Shown piece after piece: positions 24,401-36,400 of a DNA stretch of 64,000 nt. The notes under the pieces were generated by a model. That model was not told the origin of the DNA. It was given only the letters and a program-made list of their open reading frames with translations, and made no database searches. Numbering within the stretch: position 1 is the stretch's first letter; the number at the start of each line of letters is the position of its first letter. This stretch comes from Amphiscolops sp. MND2022 (Eukaryota): NCBI GenBank assembly GCA_964187785.1, contig OZ076409.1, positions 80,850,001-80,914,000 of the forward strand, given 5' to 3'. The position numbers and the translations under genes were made by a program.

Positions 24401-27400
24401 ATCAAAAAATCTTTACTTTTAAAATTAAAATCGGATTGAGTTAATTTTTAAAAAAATCGGATTTTTCTCCATCCATGTGTTCAAGGCAGTTTTACTAATA
24501 CTTGTGCATATGTGTTTTTAGACACGACTTCGACTTGTTTACCTATATCAATATTACGAATCGAAAATATTCGACAAACAACCAATCATCTCAATAACGT
24601 TAAATTGATTTTGACGATGTTTGTTTCAGATTCTGACAGCAATGAAGAATCCCTCCAGGAAGAGAACCGTGAGGAAGACGAAAGTGAAGAAGTAGCCACA
24701 CACAATCCCCAAGGTACAATAAAATCCTATTGTTTTACCTATATCAAAATTTCTACATACCAATTTTACTACTTGCCAAACGAATCCACTGATACTCATC
24801 AAAAGTATTCGAAAAACATCTACCAATCATTTAAAAAACTTTATTATGATATTGACAATTTTCGTTTCAGATTCCAACAGCTACGAACAGGTTCAAGCAG
24901 AAGATGAAGAAGTTTCTCTGGTTGCATTTGTGGATGAAGCAGAGCATCATGAGCTGCTGGATGTAATCAGAGAATCTTCCGGGTCCGAGATGCGAGTTTG
25001 CTGCACCAATGTTACCAGCAGCGAAATAGAGGAGGAGCTGCAGCGGAAAAGAGCCTGTATTGTTCGAGGACATATGGATGGTATGAAATTGCCCAACATC
25101 AACTTTGGAGCGCGAAGAAACATCTTCGAAGACTGTCTACACGCAGAAGATGTACAATTATCTGTCCGAATGTACAAACCTGTCAGTGTTCGTTTTTGGC
25201 TTCGTCTTTTTAACTTCACCAATGAAAACCGAACATTTAAAAAATATTAGGGTTTTTATATTTTAAAACCAAAATTGTAGATATTCGAAGTGTATTCTTT
25301 TTTCATATACAACACATGTCTATTTCAGCTGCAAAAACTCCTGTGTTTGACACTCTCAGGAAAAGATTTTGTAAATGCCATTGAGTTTGGAGCTATGAGC
25401 GGCCCAATGAATGTCCTTGATCTTAGCTCCAGTCTCACAAAGAACTTGCATTTCGATGTACCAACGGCAGTTAAAGAACTTTCAGTGTCTCATTTATTCA
25501 ATTTTGAGCTGGAGCAAAATTGCTATATTCTTCTCAGTCAAAAAGGTTCCATTACACCTTGGCATGTTGACTACACGAATACCAGCGTCTTTTACCATCT
25601 TCTTCACGGTAAAAAAGAGTTTTTCATGATTCCTGGAACAGTTCGAAACCAAGAAATTCTCGCGAATTGGTGCATTGAGGCAACAAAACAAAATGTTTTC
25701 CTACCAAGTGACACCCACCTCCAAAGTCAAGTGTTTAAAGTGACGATAACAGGCGGCGAGTCAATGATCATGCCAGCAGGCATGATACATATGGTCAGAA
25801 CCTGTGCGGACAGCGTGGCCGTGGGATTCAATTTTCTCACCATCTGTGATCTAGGTAATTTTGAAATTCAGTTTTCATATAATTGTTTCTCAGTTGTTTG
25901 TTAGAAGAGATAAAAGGTAAAAAGCAAAAAAATCGAAAAAATCTTCATTTTTAAAATTAAAATCGGATTAAGTTAATTTCTCAAAAAAATTCGGGTTTTA
26001 CTTCTTCTATGGGTTCGAGGCAGTTTTACTAATGCTTGTGCATATATGTTTTTAGACACGACTTTGACTGTTTACCAGAGGGAACGGGACAATGATGAAC
26101 CTCTTGAGAAATGTTTCCCACATTTCTTATCGTTAATGACGAAAGTTATTCTAGAGAGTGCCATTGGGAACTGTAGGCTAATGAAATGGGAGCTTCTGGC
26201 CAAAGCACTACATGTCCTCAGCTTCAATTCCAAAAATGACAGCCGATCCAAGAGCAATCGACGAAAACTTGTGCAAACTATCAACCGGTACATGTCTCTC
26301 AATTTCCCAAACAGGAACATATCATTAACTCACCTATTTCAAATTGTTGACAAAAAACTCGGTCGAAACACTTTTTGGTCTCTTGATTGATTAGTTCGTT
26401 GAAAACCATTTTCGAGATAAAATTTTTTGTTTTACATATTCTTAACCTTTATTATTTTATTTCATTGTATTGATATATATTATTATTAAATCTCGAAACT
26501 TGTTTTCAGCGAAGTATTTCAGCACTTGATGCAATTTCGCAGTTTACTGTAGTAATACTTTAGAATTTTGAATTCCAGTTCTTGGTCTTTGAAAGATTTG
26601 GTTTTATTCTTTCTTTTCGGTTTTTACTTAGTATTTTGCGCTGCTACTTTTTGGTACGTTTCTATTTTGAATTTGTTTAAAACAATTCGAATGATTCAAT
26701 TAAATTTTGACAATAAAAACAGGTAAAAATAATTTATTATTGTTCGAATCAAAGTTTTCACGATTTATCAATTATGATTATCAAATGATTCTCAGTCTGA
26801 TGAGTCTGAGGATGATTCATCGTGTTCTTTCTGAGCGTCATTCATTTTTTCTTGTTCGCGCTTCTTCAGCATTTCTCGTCGTTTACGAAGTACCGATGTT
26901 ATAGCTGAAGTTGTGTTTTGTAGTTCGGGATTCCTCTGAAGAAGGAAAATTTTGCGATGATCACGAACAGAAGTTGATGGGATGTCTGGCCCTGGTTTGA
27001 ACGCAAAAACTCCACATCCAAAATTGTTGAAGTTTCGATACTTTTCAAAATATAGTCAACGGATAGAAACGTAAGTCCACGACTGGCCAAGTGTCGTAAA
27101 ACGTAACTGGTTCGACTTGGTTCATTTAGTTTCCTTTTTTTGCATTTTCCTTTGGCCATAACTTCTGTCACTTGTGGCAAAGAATCACACGACGTTGTTG
27201 CACTAATAAGATCTGTGTCATTTTGGAGAACCACGTAAATGTGTGGCAACTTGGAGTGTCTGGAGAGGAGAGTATTCAATGCTGCTCGTTCTAGAACTTT
27301 CCCTCCCGCTTTTTTGATAACTTTTTTGAGACACTCAGCGGGTCCAAGAGTTTTTCCATCTTGGTTTTCATGTTGAATTCGTTGCTCTTTATTGAATTTC

Positions 27401-30400
27401 CCGTGCAGAAAGAATCTCGATCCTGGAGCAAACGGAATATTGTTTAGTTCTGTGAAAACAATTGGTTATATACCGAACTTCGAATATGTAACAACAGGTT
27501 TCTAAGGTGGTCCTTCCATTGCCGAACGTGCTTATTGCCGTATAATTCTAAGACGGTTTTGCATGTACAGTAGTGAGATTATTAAAAACTTAGTATTTTC
27601 GAAAACGCCTATTTTTACAGCGTGGTTTCATTGAGACTTTAATATAATTTCTCAATCAAAACATATCAAGTCCTTCAGTCAAATGCTTTTTGATAGATAT
27701 TTGATTCTAAAATTTGCCTTTTGTTGCTTTTAATAATATCACTACTGTATTCTATTTTCTTTGCTACGATCGTTCTGAACAGGTATGTAATTGCATCATT
27801 CAAAACTCACTGTTAAGCGAAGAACTAATTGCAAATAATAAGTTGAAAACATAAAAATAAGTAGATTGAGATTGGATTTCTCTCTCCGCCAGAGAGAATT
27901 CCAATCTCAATCTACTCACTAATTGCCACAGTTGTTGAATGCGCGGTCGTCACCGGCAATCAACATCTATGGCAAGTAATACCAGCCAATGGCTACCACA
28001 CACAATACCAGACACAATACCAGCCACTGGTTACCGAAGGCTGCACCAACAGCGGCGCAGAGAAGCGAACCTGTATACCAAGAGCGAACGAGCGGCGGAA
28101 CGACGGAACGTCGCACGAAGTAACCACTACGCCAGTGGTACTTGGAATCTGTTGCTGTTTTGAGGAAGTATTTCATCCGAGTAACTTAGGACTAATATTT
28201 GTCAACGTGTTGCGGTGCAATACAAATATTCAGCAAAACTCAAGTCAAACATTTGTTCAACGATCCACTACATTTATTTCGGAGTCGCAAGAAAAGCAAA
28301 ATTCACACTATATTGTTGGTTTATCCAACTAAATTTCGCTAAATTTATACCACTTAGGTTTCATAACCAAAAAAGTTGGACGTGGGCATATAGGTACAAA
28401 AAAAATCCTTACCCAAGAAAAGGCGGGACTTCTCTCGAACTTTTCCAACGGGAATGATGGCTTTCTCAGTTGGTCCCAGGGAGTCTAAAAAAGATAGGTT
28501 CACCTCTATGGGTTCATTGAAAAGCCGTTGATGGCAAAGTGAGAGCTGTTCGTCGATTGTGCCTTCCAAAGTCGAAAACCGGAGACCAGAACAGAAAGTG
28601 AAAAACATTTCGAGAAACATGGGGTCGGCGTGTCGAACTGTCCCTCCCCCTCGCATGGTCTTTTGCTGAAAGTCTCTATGGACATGATGATTTGATTTTT
28701 CGGGGGCTTCGCACAGGTGGTTAAAGGGTGATTCAATGTAGCCTCCTTCTAACAGCTGGGGAATCAGGCACAGTTTCAGTCTGTACGGTGTCAAACCTAG
28801 TTTTACATCGAACAGAACAATCGAAATGTGATAGTGGATTTCTGACCAGTATTTATAGTCGGAAAAGTCCTGTTCTTCGAATTTCTTCCTCGTCCTCATC
28901 AGCACGGTAAGCTGATTTAGTGACTTTCTCCAGAGTTCAGCTGCAACCAAAAGTTTCATTTGACATGGGCTTTCGATATTTTCGAATGAATTGGGATGAA
29001 GATTTTTCAACACATTCATGCTTGCACTTTTTGTACCCGACAAGGCTCCAACAGTCTTGTTCTCGGAAAAAACTCCTTCGAACAGTTCATGCTGAACACC
29101 AGCCTCAGCAAGTTCGTACATATCAGCAATGCCAGTGATAGCTTCTCTGCCACTAAGGGAAATGGGAGCACATTTTTTGTTGCGTTTGTCAATGTCAAAT
29201 TCGAAGCCAGGCTCTTTCCAACCTCTCTCGGTCAAATTGCGCTGAAAATTTTCCCTAATATAATCAACTGTAGCTGAGTCATCTTCAGATTGGAGAATTT
29301 TCAACTCCATGAACTTTCTAATGTCTCCCTCGACACACCTTGTTATTGCATGAGTGCCGTCGGGACAAACGCATCTGATGTCTGGCAAAAACGTCAAACT
29401 TTCATGAGGAATGGTGGTTCGAAATGGTAGGCGAACATCACCTCGATGTCCACTTTTTTCGTGCACGGTTTCTGGTTTAACTGAATCGTCATTCCCAAGA
29501 TACATCTGCAATTTTGATGGATTTTCTTCACTCTCCATGTGATCAACAGAGGTTCCAATGAGAAGGCGATTTAGGAATGGTTGATCTCCACTGTATGTTA
29601 AAAGGACTCCGGCGTCATGGAGTTGTTTCGTCTGCTGGTAAAGCCAAGAGGAATCTTGCTCACCTAGTTCCAGGTACCCGACATTTTGCTCTAGCAACCA
29701 ACGACCGTCGTGACCTGTAAACACGTATTGTAAAGTGTGCGAAGCTAACCTAGAGCTAAATTATATTTAAAGATTCAGCAGGACAAAATAGCAGAACATA
29801 CCTTGGAAAACAGCAAAAGAGAAGAGTGCATCTGATGACTGATTGCTGATAGATGTTCCTTCGAGAAAACGGAAGGCCATTCGAGTTTGATCCTTTTTCC
29901 CTATTTGAACACCATCTCCCCAAATATCAACTTTCAGACCTTGCAAATCAGTTCTTCCTTTGAACAGAATGAATGTCATGACTTTGATAGCACGTACAAG
30001 ATCAATTCTGAATCCCGAGAAAGTGTTTTTTGGTTTGAATAGGGATATAAACTTTGAAATCATCGGTTTTGACATCTCTTTGATCGCCGTATAACCAGGA
30101 ATTAGTTGTTTTTGACCCAGTCCATCGACATGGAAAGTTTTTTTCAGCGTGTTGATCATATTTATCCAACTACCAGTTTTAGTACAGATAAATATGTCTG
30201 ACTTCAGCTTTTCGTACGATAAATAGTTTGAAAAAACACCCTTAACCAGAGCCTTGGCTTCAAATTGATGCAGAGAGGTCTTCTGGGCCTTAGTATGAAT
30301 CCGCTTTTGTTCTGTAGCTGCTAATGTTGCGAGAATTGTATGCATCTTCTGACTGAAACCTGATTCAGGTTTAGAAAACTGCTCCACTGGGATTGTTGGC

Positions 30401-33400
30401 ATTGGAAGTGGATTGACAAAAGGTTGTGAGTCGGGAATTAGCTGCGGCGTATTTGGGAAAAAATAGGACACGTATCTTCTTCGTAATTGTGTCCATGGAA
30501 ACCCACTTTGTAAACCACGAACAATTATTATTTGCAATATTCCAATTGCAACAAAGCAAGTTTTTTTTTGTTTATTACACAATCTTCGAGTTTTAATTCA
30601 GTTCCTTCAATTACTATTTCGATCGCGCTTTTCAGTTTTCGAGATTTTTCTCTTATAATATGCCCAGCAAAAACATCCAAAATTTTAGCATCCACAAAAC
30701 TTTTTCCATCAATTGTTTCAGTGTAATCGTGCAGAAGCTTCTCGGGGTGTATTGTCATCCTGATTGTCGTACGTCGAAAGTTATATTGGAAGTTATTCTA
30801 GTAGTTGTTGTTTTTTCAAAAGCGTATTGACACTTTATCGTTTCCACACTAGCGTTTCCATTCTTGAAATGCGTCTGCTGGTTCGCAAAGCGTTTGACAA
30901 AAAATTATAAAATTATCGTATTACGTTATTGATGTTATTGATTATATCGGAAATAAATCGAGTAATTGTAGTTTTAGCGTGTTCACACTCACGTGGATTT
31001 TGAAATGCGTCTGCTTGATCGAAAAGCGTTTGACAAAATATTATAAAATTATCGTATTACGTTATTGATGTTATTGATTATATCGGAAATAAATCGAGTA
31101 ATTGTAGTTTTAGCGTGCTCACACTCACGTGGATTTTGAAATGCGTCTGCTTGATCGAAAAGCGTTTGACAAAAAATTATAAATTTATCGTGCTACGTTT
31201 TGGATGTTCCGTGCAAAAGTGTCTGGGGGTTTATTGTCATTTAAAATGCGTCTGACAATTAATTAATATGCGTCTGACATTTAAAATTCATCTTATGCGT
31301 ATGTAACGATTTGAGTCGATCAAACTCACTTGATAATCATTTGTCCCGATAACAATTTTATTTGCTCAAACTTGCTTGATAAACATTAGTGGCAAATGCA
31401 ATACTGAAAATACTCGTTTACGAAATTAAATTTCTTGAAAAATAAAGCACTAATTTCATTAATTGAAATTGATTTCATCAGTGTTTTTGATATGAAAGAG
31501 CAAGTTCAGGTTTTGGATCCTGCAACAAAAATTTGGGAAGATGCTCGCATCATTGGGTTTGAAGGATCATTTGGAATCCGAGTGAAATACCTCAATTGGC
31601 CCGATAAACTTGTGAAGCGATTCGGATCAGACAGAATTGAAGTGTCCCCCAACACACCCCAAAATTGCTGGCCGGTTAGAAAATGTATAGTATTACAAGA
31701 TGTCCGCGGTCGCCGGAAATCCAAGAAGCCAGCAGAAACCGTTTTTGACATCCCCGACCCAAGAAAGCGCCAACTAGGGGACAGAATCTTTTTCACTGGG
31801 ACATCACGGAAATCACCAGCGGACATTCCTAGTTTGGAAGAGGTTAGAAAAGATGCCGAGGAGTCGAAGCTGCTGAACTCGGGTTATGTTGTCATGAATG
31901 ACCCATTCCAGCAAAATATGGCTGTTTCCTTCGACGGGCGCACAAAGGACATCCAGTTCATCGACTATGAACAAATTCGTCCGAAGAACTGGACTCATCC
32001 TGACACGAGGCAGCCTTCAGAGTTTGATTCGGAGCCCGAAGATGTCCAACCATTGCGGCAAAAAAGAGAGTAGTAGAAACAGATGCAGAACCAGAACCCA
32101 CTATAACCACTCCCAGACAGAAAATTGATATTGCCGCATATATTGCGAGTCTTGCCGAGAAAGACGAACTTCTGGGCATTGTACCCTGCGAAAATGGTAT
32201 TGCATCAGCAGGTAAATGATCAATTTGATTATTACTAGTCTAACTTCTACGGTACTAAAAAAAATCAAACAAAAAAACTGAAACCAAGTTTTTTGCCACG
32301 AGCGTCCTCTCGAAAAATTTACATGCTTATAGAAACTTTGTCGCATAAATCTTTCTCAAGTGGTTAATAAATTATTATTACTAAATGAAACTGAATATTC
32401 GCATTCTGTTATCAGGTGACCACGTTACGATAAACATTAGGAGCACGTTCTTCACGATGAAATTGGAGAAGATATGGTTCGACGTGGAGATGAAGAAGGC
32501 CATGGCGAAACTGGTCGATGAAGAAGACAGATGCTACTCCATCACTTACCCAGCTGTAAAGCTAGTGTTGACAGAAGCAAACTACATGAAGCAGAAAGCT
32601 CTGGACTTGTCCGCAGCTTGTTCACCTGTGAATAGAGCTTTTCATTACCTGTCAGCGCTGAAACGTTTGGTCGGGATATCCCAGTCCAAACGCACAATGA
32701 TGAATCAGGACATTTGCTTGGTTGACGAAATTTCCAAGAATATCTTTTTAATGGGTTCTGGACACCAAGTCAAATTTCATATAGATCCTGACTCAGAAAA
32801 GTTCCACAAAAATGCAGAATGGGACAGTACCCTAGGCCGACAATGGGATATGCTCCCACCAATCTTCCCTAAAACTTTCTGCCACATTATCAAAAGCCTA
32901 AAATTTTCAATTAACAACGATTTTCTGCTGAAAACTGTGCGAGTATCTATCGATTGTTTCCAGGACAATTTAAATGGCGATGACGAATATCGTCGTTCCG
33001 CAGCCAATAATTGCAGAAGTCAGTTTAGTTTTTAAATTTATTCATTTTTTGTATCCATTGCCATAACAATTGTGATATCTTTTCCATTATGTTTCTTAAT
33101 TGAATCAGTCTCTTGTGAATCATTTTGTTTTCGATTTGGGGCAAAAGAACAGTAGTGGAGCGACATTGTAATAATTGACAACAATAACATTAAACAATTG
33201 AGTCAAACAAAAAGTAATGAGGATTAAATTGTTCAAAAAGACAAGCCCCCGGAAAGATCTTATGATACCAATCTAATCTTCTTGTAATCTCCTAATCTTC
33301 CTATTGATTGATATGTAGTATGAGTTTAAGCTTATTCAATTATATTAAATGAGAGTTGTTCGATTTAAGGTGGAATGATGAGAAGCATGGAAGCTTGATA

Positions 33401-36400
33401 ATCATTATTCAAATTTATTTCGAAAAAAAGTACCTGGGAAGGGTTTACTAAAATTCTGATAATCGGCAAATCCTTATCTTTAGTTGATTAGGTATATCTC
33501 GGACATTTTTTGATATGTATTCAAAGTTTCTATCAAATTGAAAGGCCACACTTGGTGGGAAACGAATGGACAGATTATGTTCAACAATTAGTTGACTTCG
33601 CCCATGCGTTTCCGAGATTTTCAGTTATGAACAACAAAACTCGCCCATGCATTCCCGAGTTTTTGCCCAACATTTTCCGAGTTTTGGAAGGCCTTGCCGG
33701 TTACCCCACTGTAATGAAATCTCGAATAGACACCCAAAATGACAAAAACCAAAAATTTTCCTATTTTTAACAATTTTATGCAATTTTTGTCAGTTTTTCG
33801 ATAGACTTCGCGAACTAAAATGTTGAAAACGCTCAAAATAGCACAAATTCGTTGTCCAGTAAATTTTTGTGAAAAGATAATGGCTGTTATCTAAATGAAA
33901 AATATCTAAAATTGTCACCGAAAATTACAAAAAACCAAGAATTTTACATTTTTCAAAAATTCAAGGCAAATTTTGTCAAATTTTCGACAGAGTTCGTGGA
34001 TTAGAATGCTGAAAACGCACAAAATGGTACAATTTGATTGTCCATTTGGCTTTTCCGGAAAGATAACTGCTGTTTATGAAATGAAAAAAGTCTCAAATTG
34101 ACACCTAAAATGACAAAAACTCAAAATTTTTCGTTTTTCACAGTTTTTATGCAATTTTTGTCAAATTTTTGACCAACTTCGTGGATTGGAATGTTGAGAA
34201 ACGTCAGCAAGCAAAGATTTTCAGTCCAGTAGGCCTTTTTGAAGAGTTTATTGCAGTTTTCTAAGTGGAAAATACCTCAAACTAGCAACAAAAATGACAA
34301 AAAATATAAAGTTTTCAAATTTTCAATGTTTTTTATGCAATTTCTGTCACAATTTTGACAGACTTCGAGAATTGAAATGTTGACAACGTTCACCAAGGTA
34401 GCAAATCGTTGTCCAGTAGTCATTAAAGGTGAGATAAAGTAGTTTTTCAATTGAAAAGAGTCTTAATTTGACACCGAAATTGAAAAAAAACCCAAAAATT
34501 TTCAACTTTCAAAGATTTTATGCAGTTTTTTTCCAACTTTTCGACAACCTCCGGAAATTGGAAAATGGGATCGAGTCCACAAGAGTTGAATCGGAGATCC
34601 AGTATGCTTAGTGGAGAGACAAATGCAGTTTTGTAAATAAAATTGTCTGGAATTGACATCGAAAAAGACAAAAGTTAAAAAATTTTCTTATTTTCACCAT
34701 TTTTGTTCAATTTTTGTCAAACTATCGATAGACTTCGCAGACTACAATGGAGAAACCCCTAAACAATGGAGAAATTGTTGTTTTTGTGAGCTTTCGTCAA
34801 GAGATAAGTTCAATTTCTAAGAGAAATGCTTCAAATTGTTCCTGAAATTATCGAAAAAATCGATGTTTTTGTCACTTTTGATGCAATTTCTGTTGAAATT
34901 CCAAAATTTTTCGTCAAAGGTTCCAACACAATCAACAACGAATGAACGAGTTATGCATTACCTTTTTGAGGAGAACGTTTTAGCGTTTTGCTTCAAAAAC
35001 AATTCAGAATGACTCCAAATAGTTCAAAAAAATTCAACATCTCCGTTTTTATACAACCTATGTCTACTTTTTTAATCGTTTTGGAATCAGAATAGTTGTA
35101 AACGTTCAACAAAGATTGAACTCATACTTCTGTTGGCTTTTAAAGAAATATTTGCAGACTTCGGTTGAAAAAAGTTCAAAAGTGACCGCAAAATTTGAAA
35201 AAGTCAAAACTTTTGTCGATTCCTGGCATTTTCAGTTAATTTTAATTTGACATTGGAACATTTTGGTAAGATAAAAGCTTCAAAGAGCTCCAGAGGATAC
35301 AATTAGATCCACAGCACGTTTTTAAAAGAAAAATTTACATATTTTTTGGCAGAGAGTTTCTTCAGAATGACCCAAAAATTACAGAATTTTTTGTACAATT
35401 TTTGAGCTACTACCTTGCATAAAAAGTTTTAGAGTTTTAAAGGCTCTACAATGACTACTCTTGGTATCCAGTAGGCACTTTTAAAGATATCATTGCAGTT
35501 TTTGTTGGAATTGGCCTCAGAGTACCCAAAATCCATTGAACAAAAAGGCACGTTTTTTGACAAATTATTCCCAATTTTTGTTCAAACCACAAAATTGCTC
35601 GTAGTATAGAGAAATTCCATTGACCCGAGCGTTGAAACAATAGGGCATCCAAAACGCAAGTTGGGAAAAAAGTAGGCAGAAGTTCGTCGATTTTACAACA
35701 AAGGTGTCAACAGTTCTGATTTTCCTCAATTTCCGACAATATAGTCGCACTTTTGGACACTACGAAAATTTACTTCAATCAGAAAACCCATAGGCTCAAG
35801 GTTGAAACGTGTAGCTACAGGTAGTGTTTCGAAAAGATAACAGTTAAGTTTCTTCGCACAGCATAAACTTTAGTTGAAAACGTAAATTTCGACCTCATTT
35901 GTCAAACATTCAATATTCAATAAGCTCCAAGCAAAATCACTAGATACCGAGTACACCTTCCAAAGGAAATTGTTTCGAGTTAGTAGAGTGGGTTAGAATG
36001 GTCTAAGGATTCAACAACAACTAAAATCGGTGTCCACTAAGCTTATTTGTGAAGAGTCGTGGGTAGATTCATGTAAGAAAAGGTCCTCAATTTGATCCCT
36101 CAGTTTTCGAAAATATTTCCAATTTTTGACACTTCTGATGGAACTATTTGCAATAATACAACAAACTGGGACCGCTCAAGTTTTCTAAACTTGCAAATGA
36201 CGTAGTTTTAAGAATATTCCATTTTCTCAGTGCCAAAAATCACCCCAAGAAATACGCCTGAGACTCGGAGATCATTCTTTCTCCAACAGGAATCTCAAAA
36301 AGCCAATTTTCTGAAGTTTTTTTCGGTAAAGACCTTTGATGGCGAAACAAGTTTCAGCTCACAAACTACCTATCTCATGCTGAAATCAGTTATGAAATCA

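Larger units (their letters stand above)
14773..33716. mobile_element. Giant (18.9 kb) TIR DNA transposon with RAG1/Transib/Chapaev-like transposase and chromatin-modifier cargo
   Basis: Perfect 23-bp TIRs at 14773-14795 and 33694-33716, flanked by AA on both sides. Removing the element plus one AA restores a normal-length HINE subrepeat (aaatgaaagaaatctcgaatagacacc vs aaatgaaaaaagtctcaaattgacacc). An internal DDE transposase gene is present. Confidence 0.9.

Noticed and set aside
21455..24870. CRISPR-like or plain satellite interpretation of the repeat array
   Set aside because: Whole units repeat with no unique spacers, the context is eukaryotic, and splice signals explain the structure. 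The overlapping ORF-track calls on both strands are by-products.
26838..33035. True RAG1-RAG2 (ProtoRAG) pair
   Set aside because: No kelch-repeat RAG2-like gene, no heptamer-nonamer TIR structure and no 5-bp TSD; only core motif similarity.
14773..33716. Polinton/Maverick, endogenous virus or Helitron identity for the large insertion
   Set aside because: I saw no pPolB, retroviral-type integrase, capsid, packaging ATPase or Rep/helicase motifs; short TIRs, a 2-bp TSD and a DDE transposase fit a cut-and-paste element.
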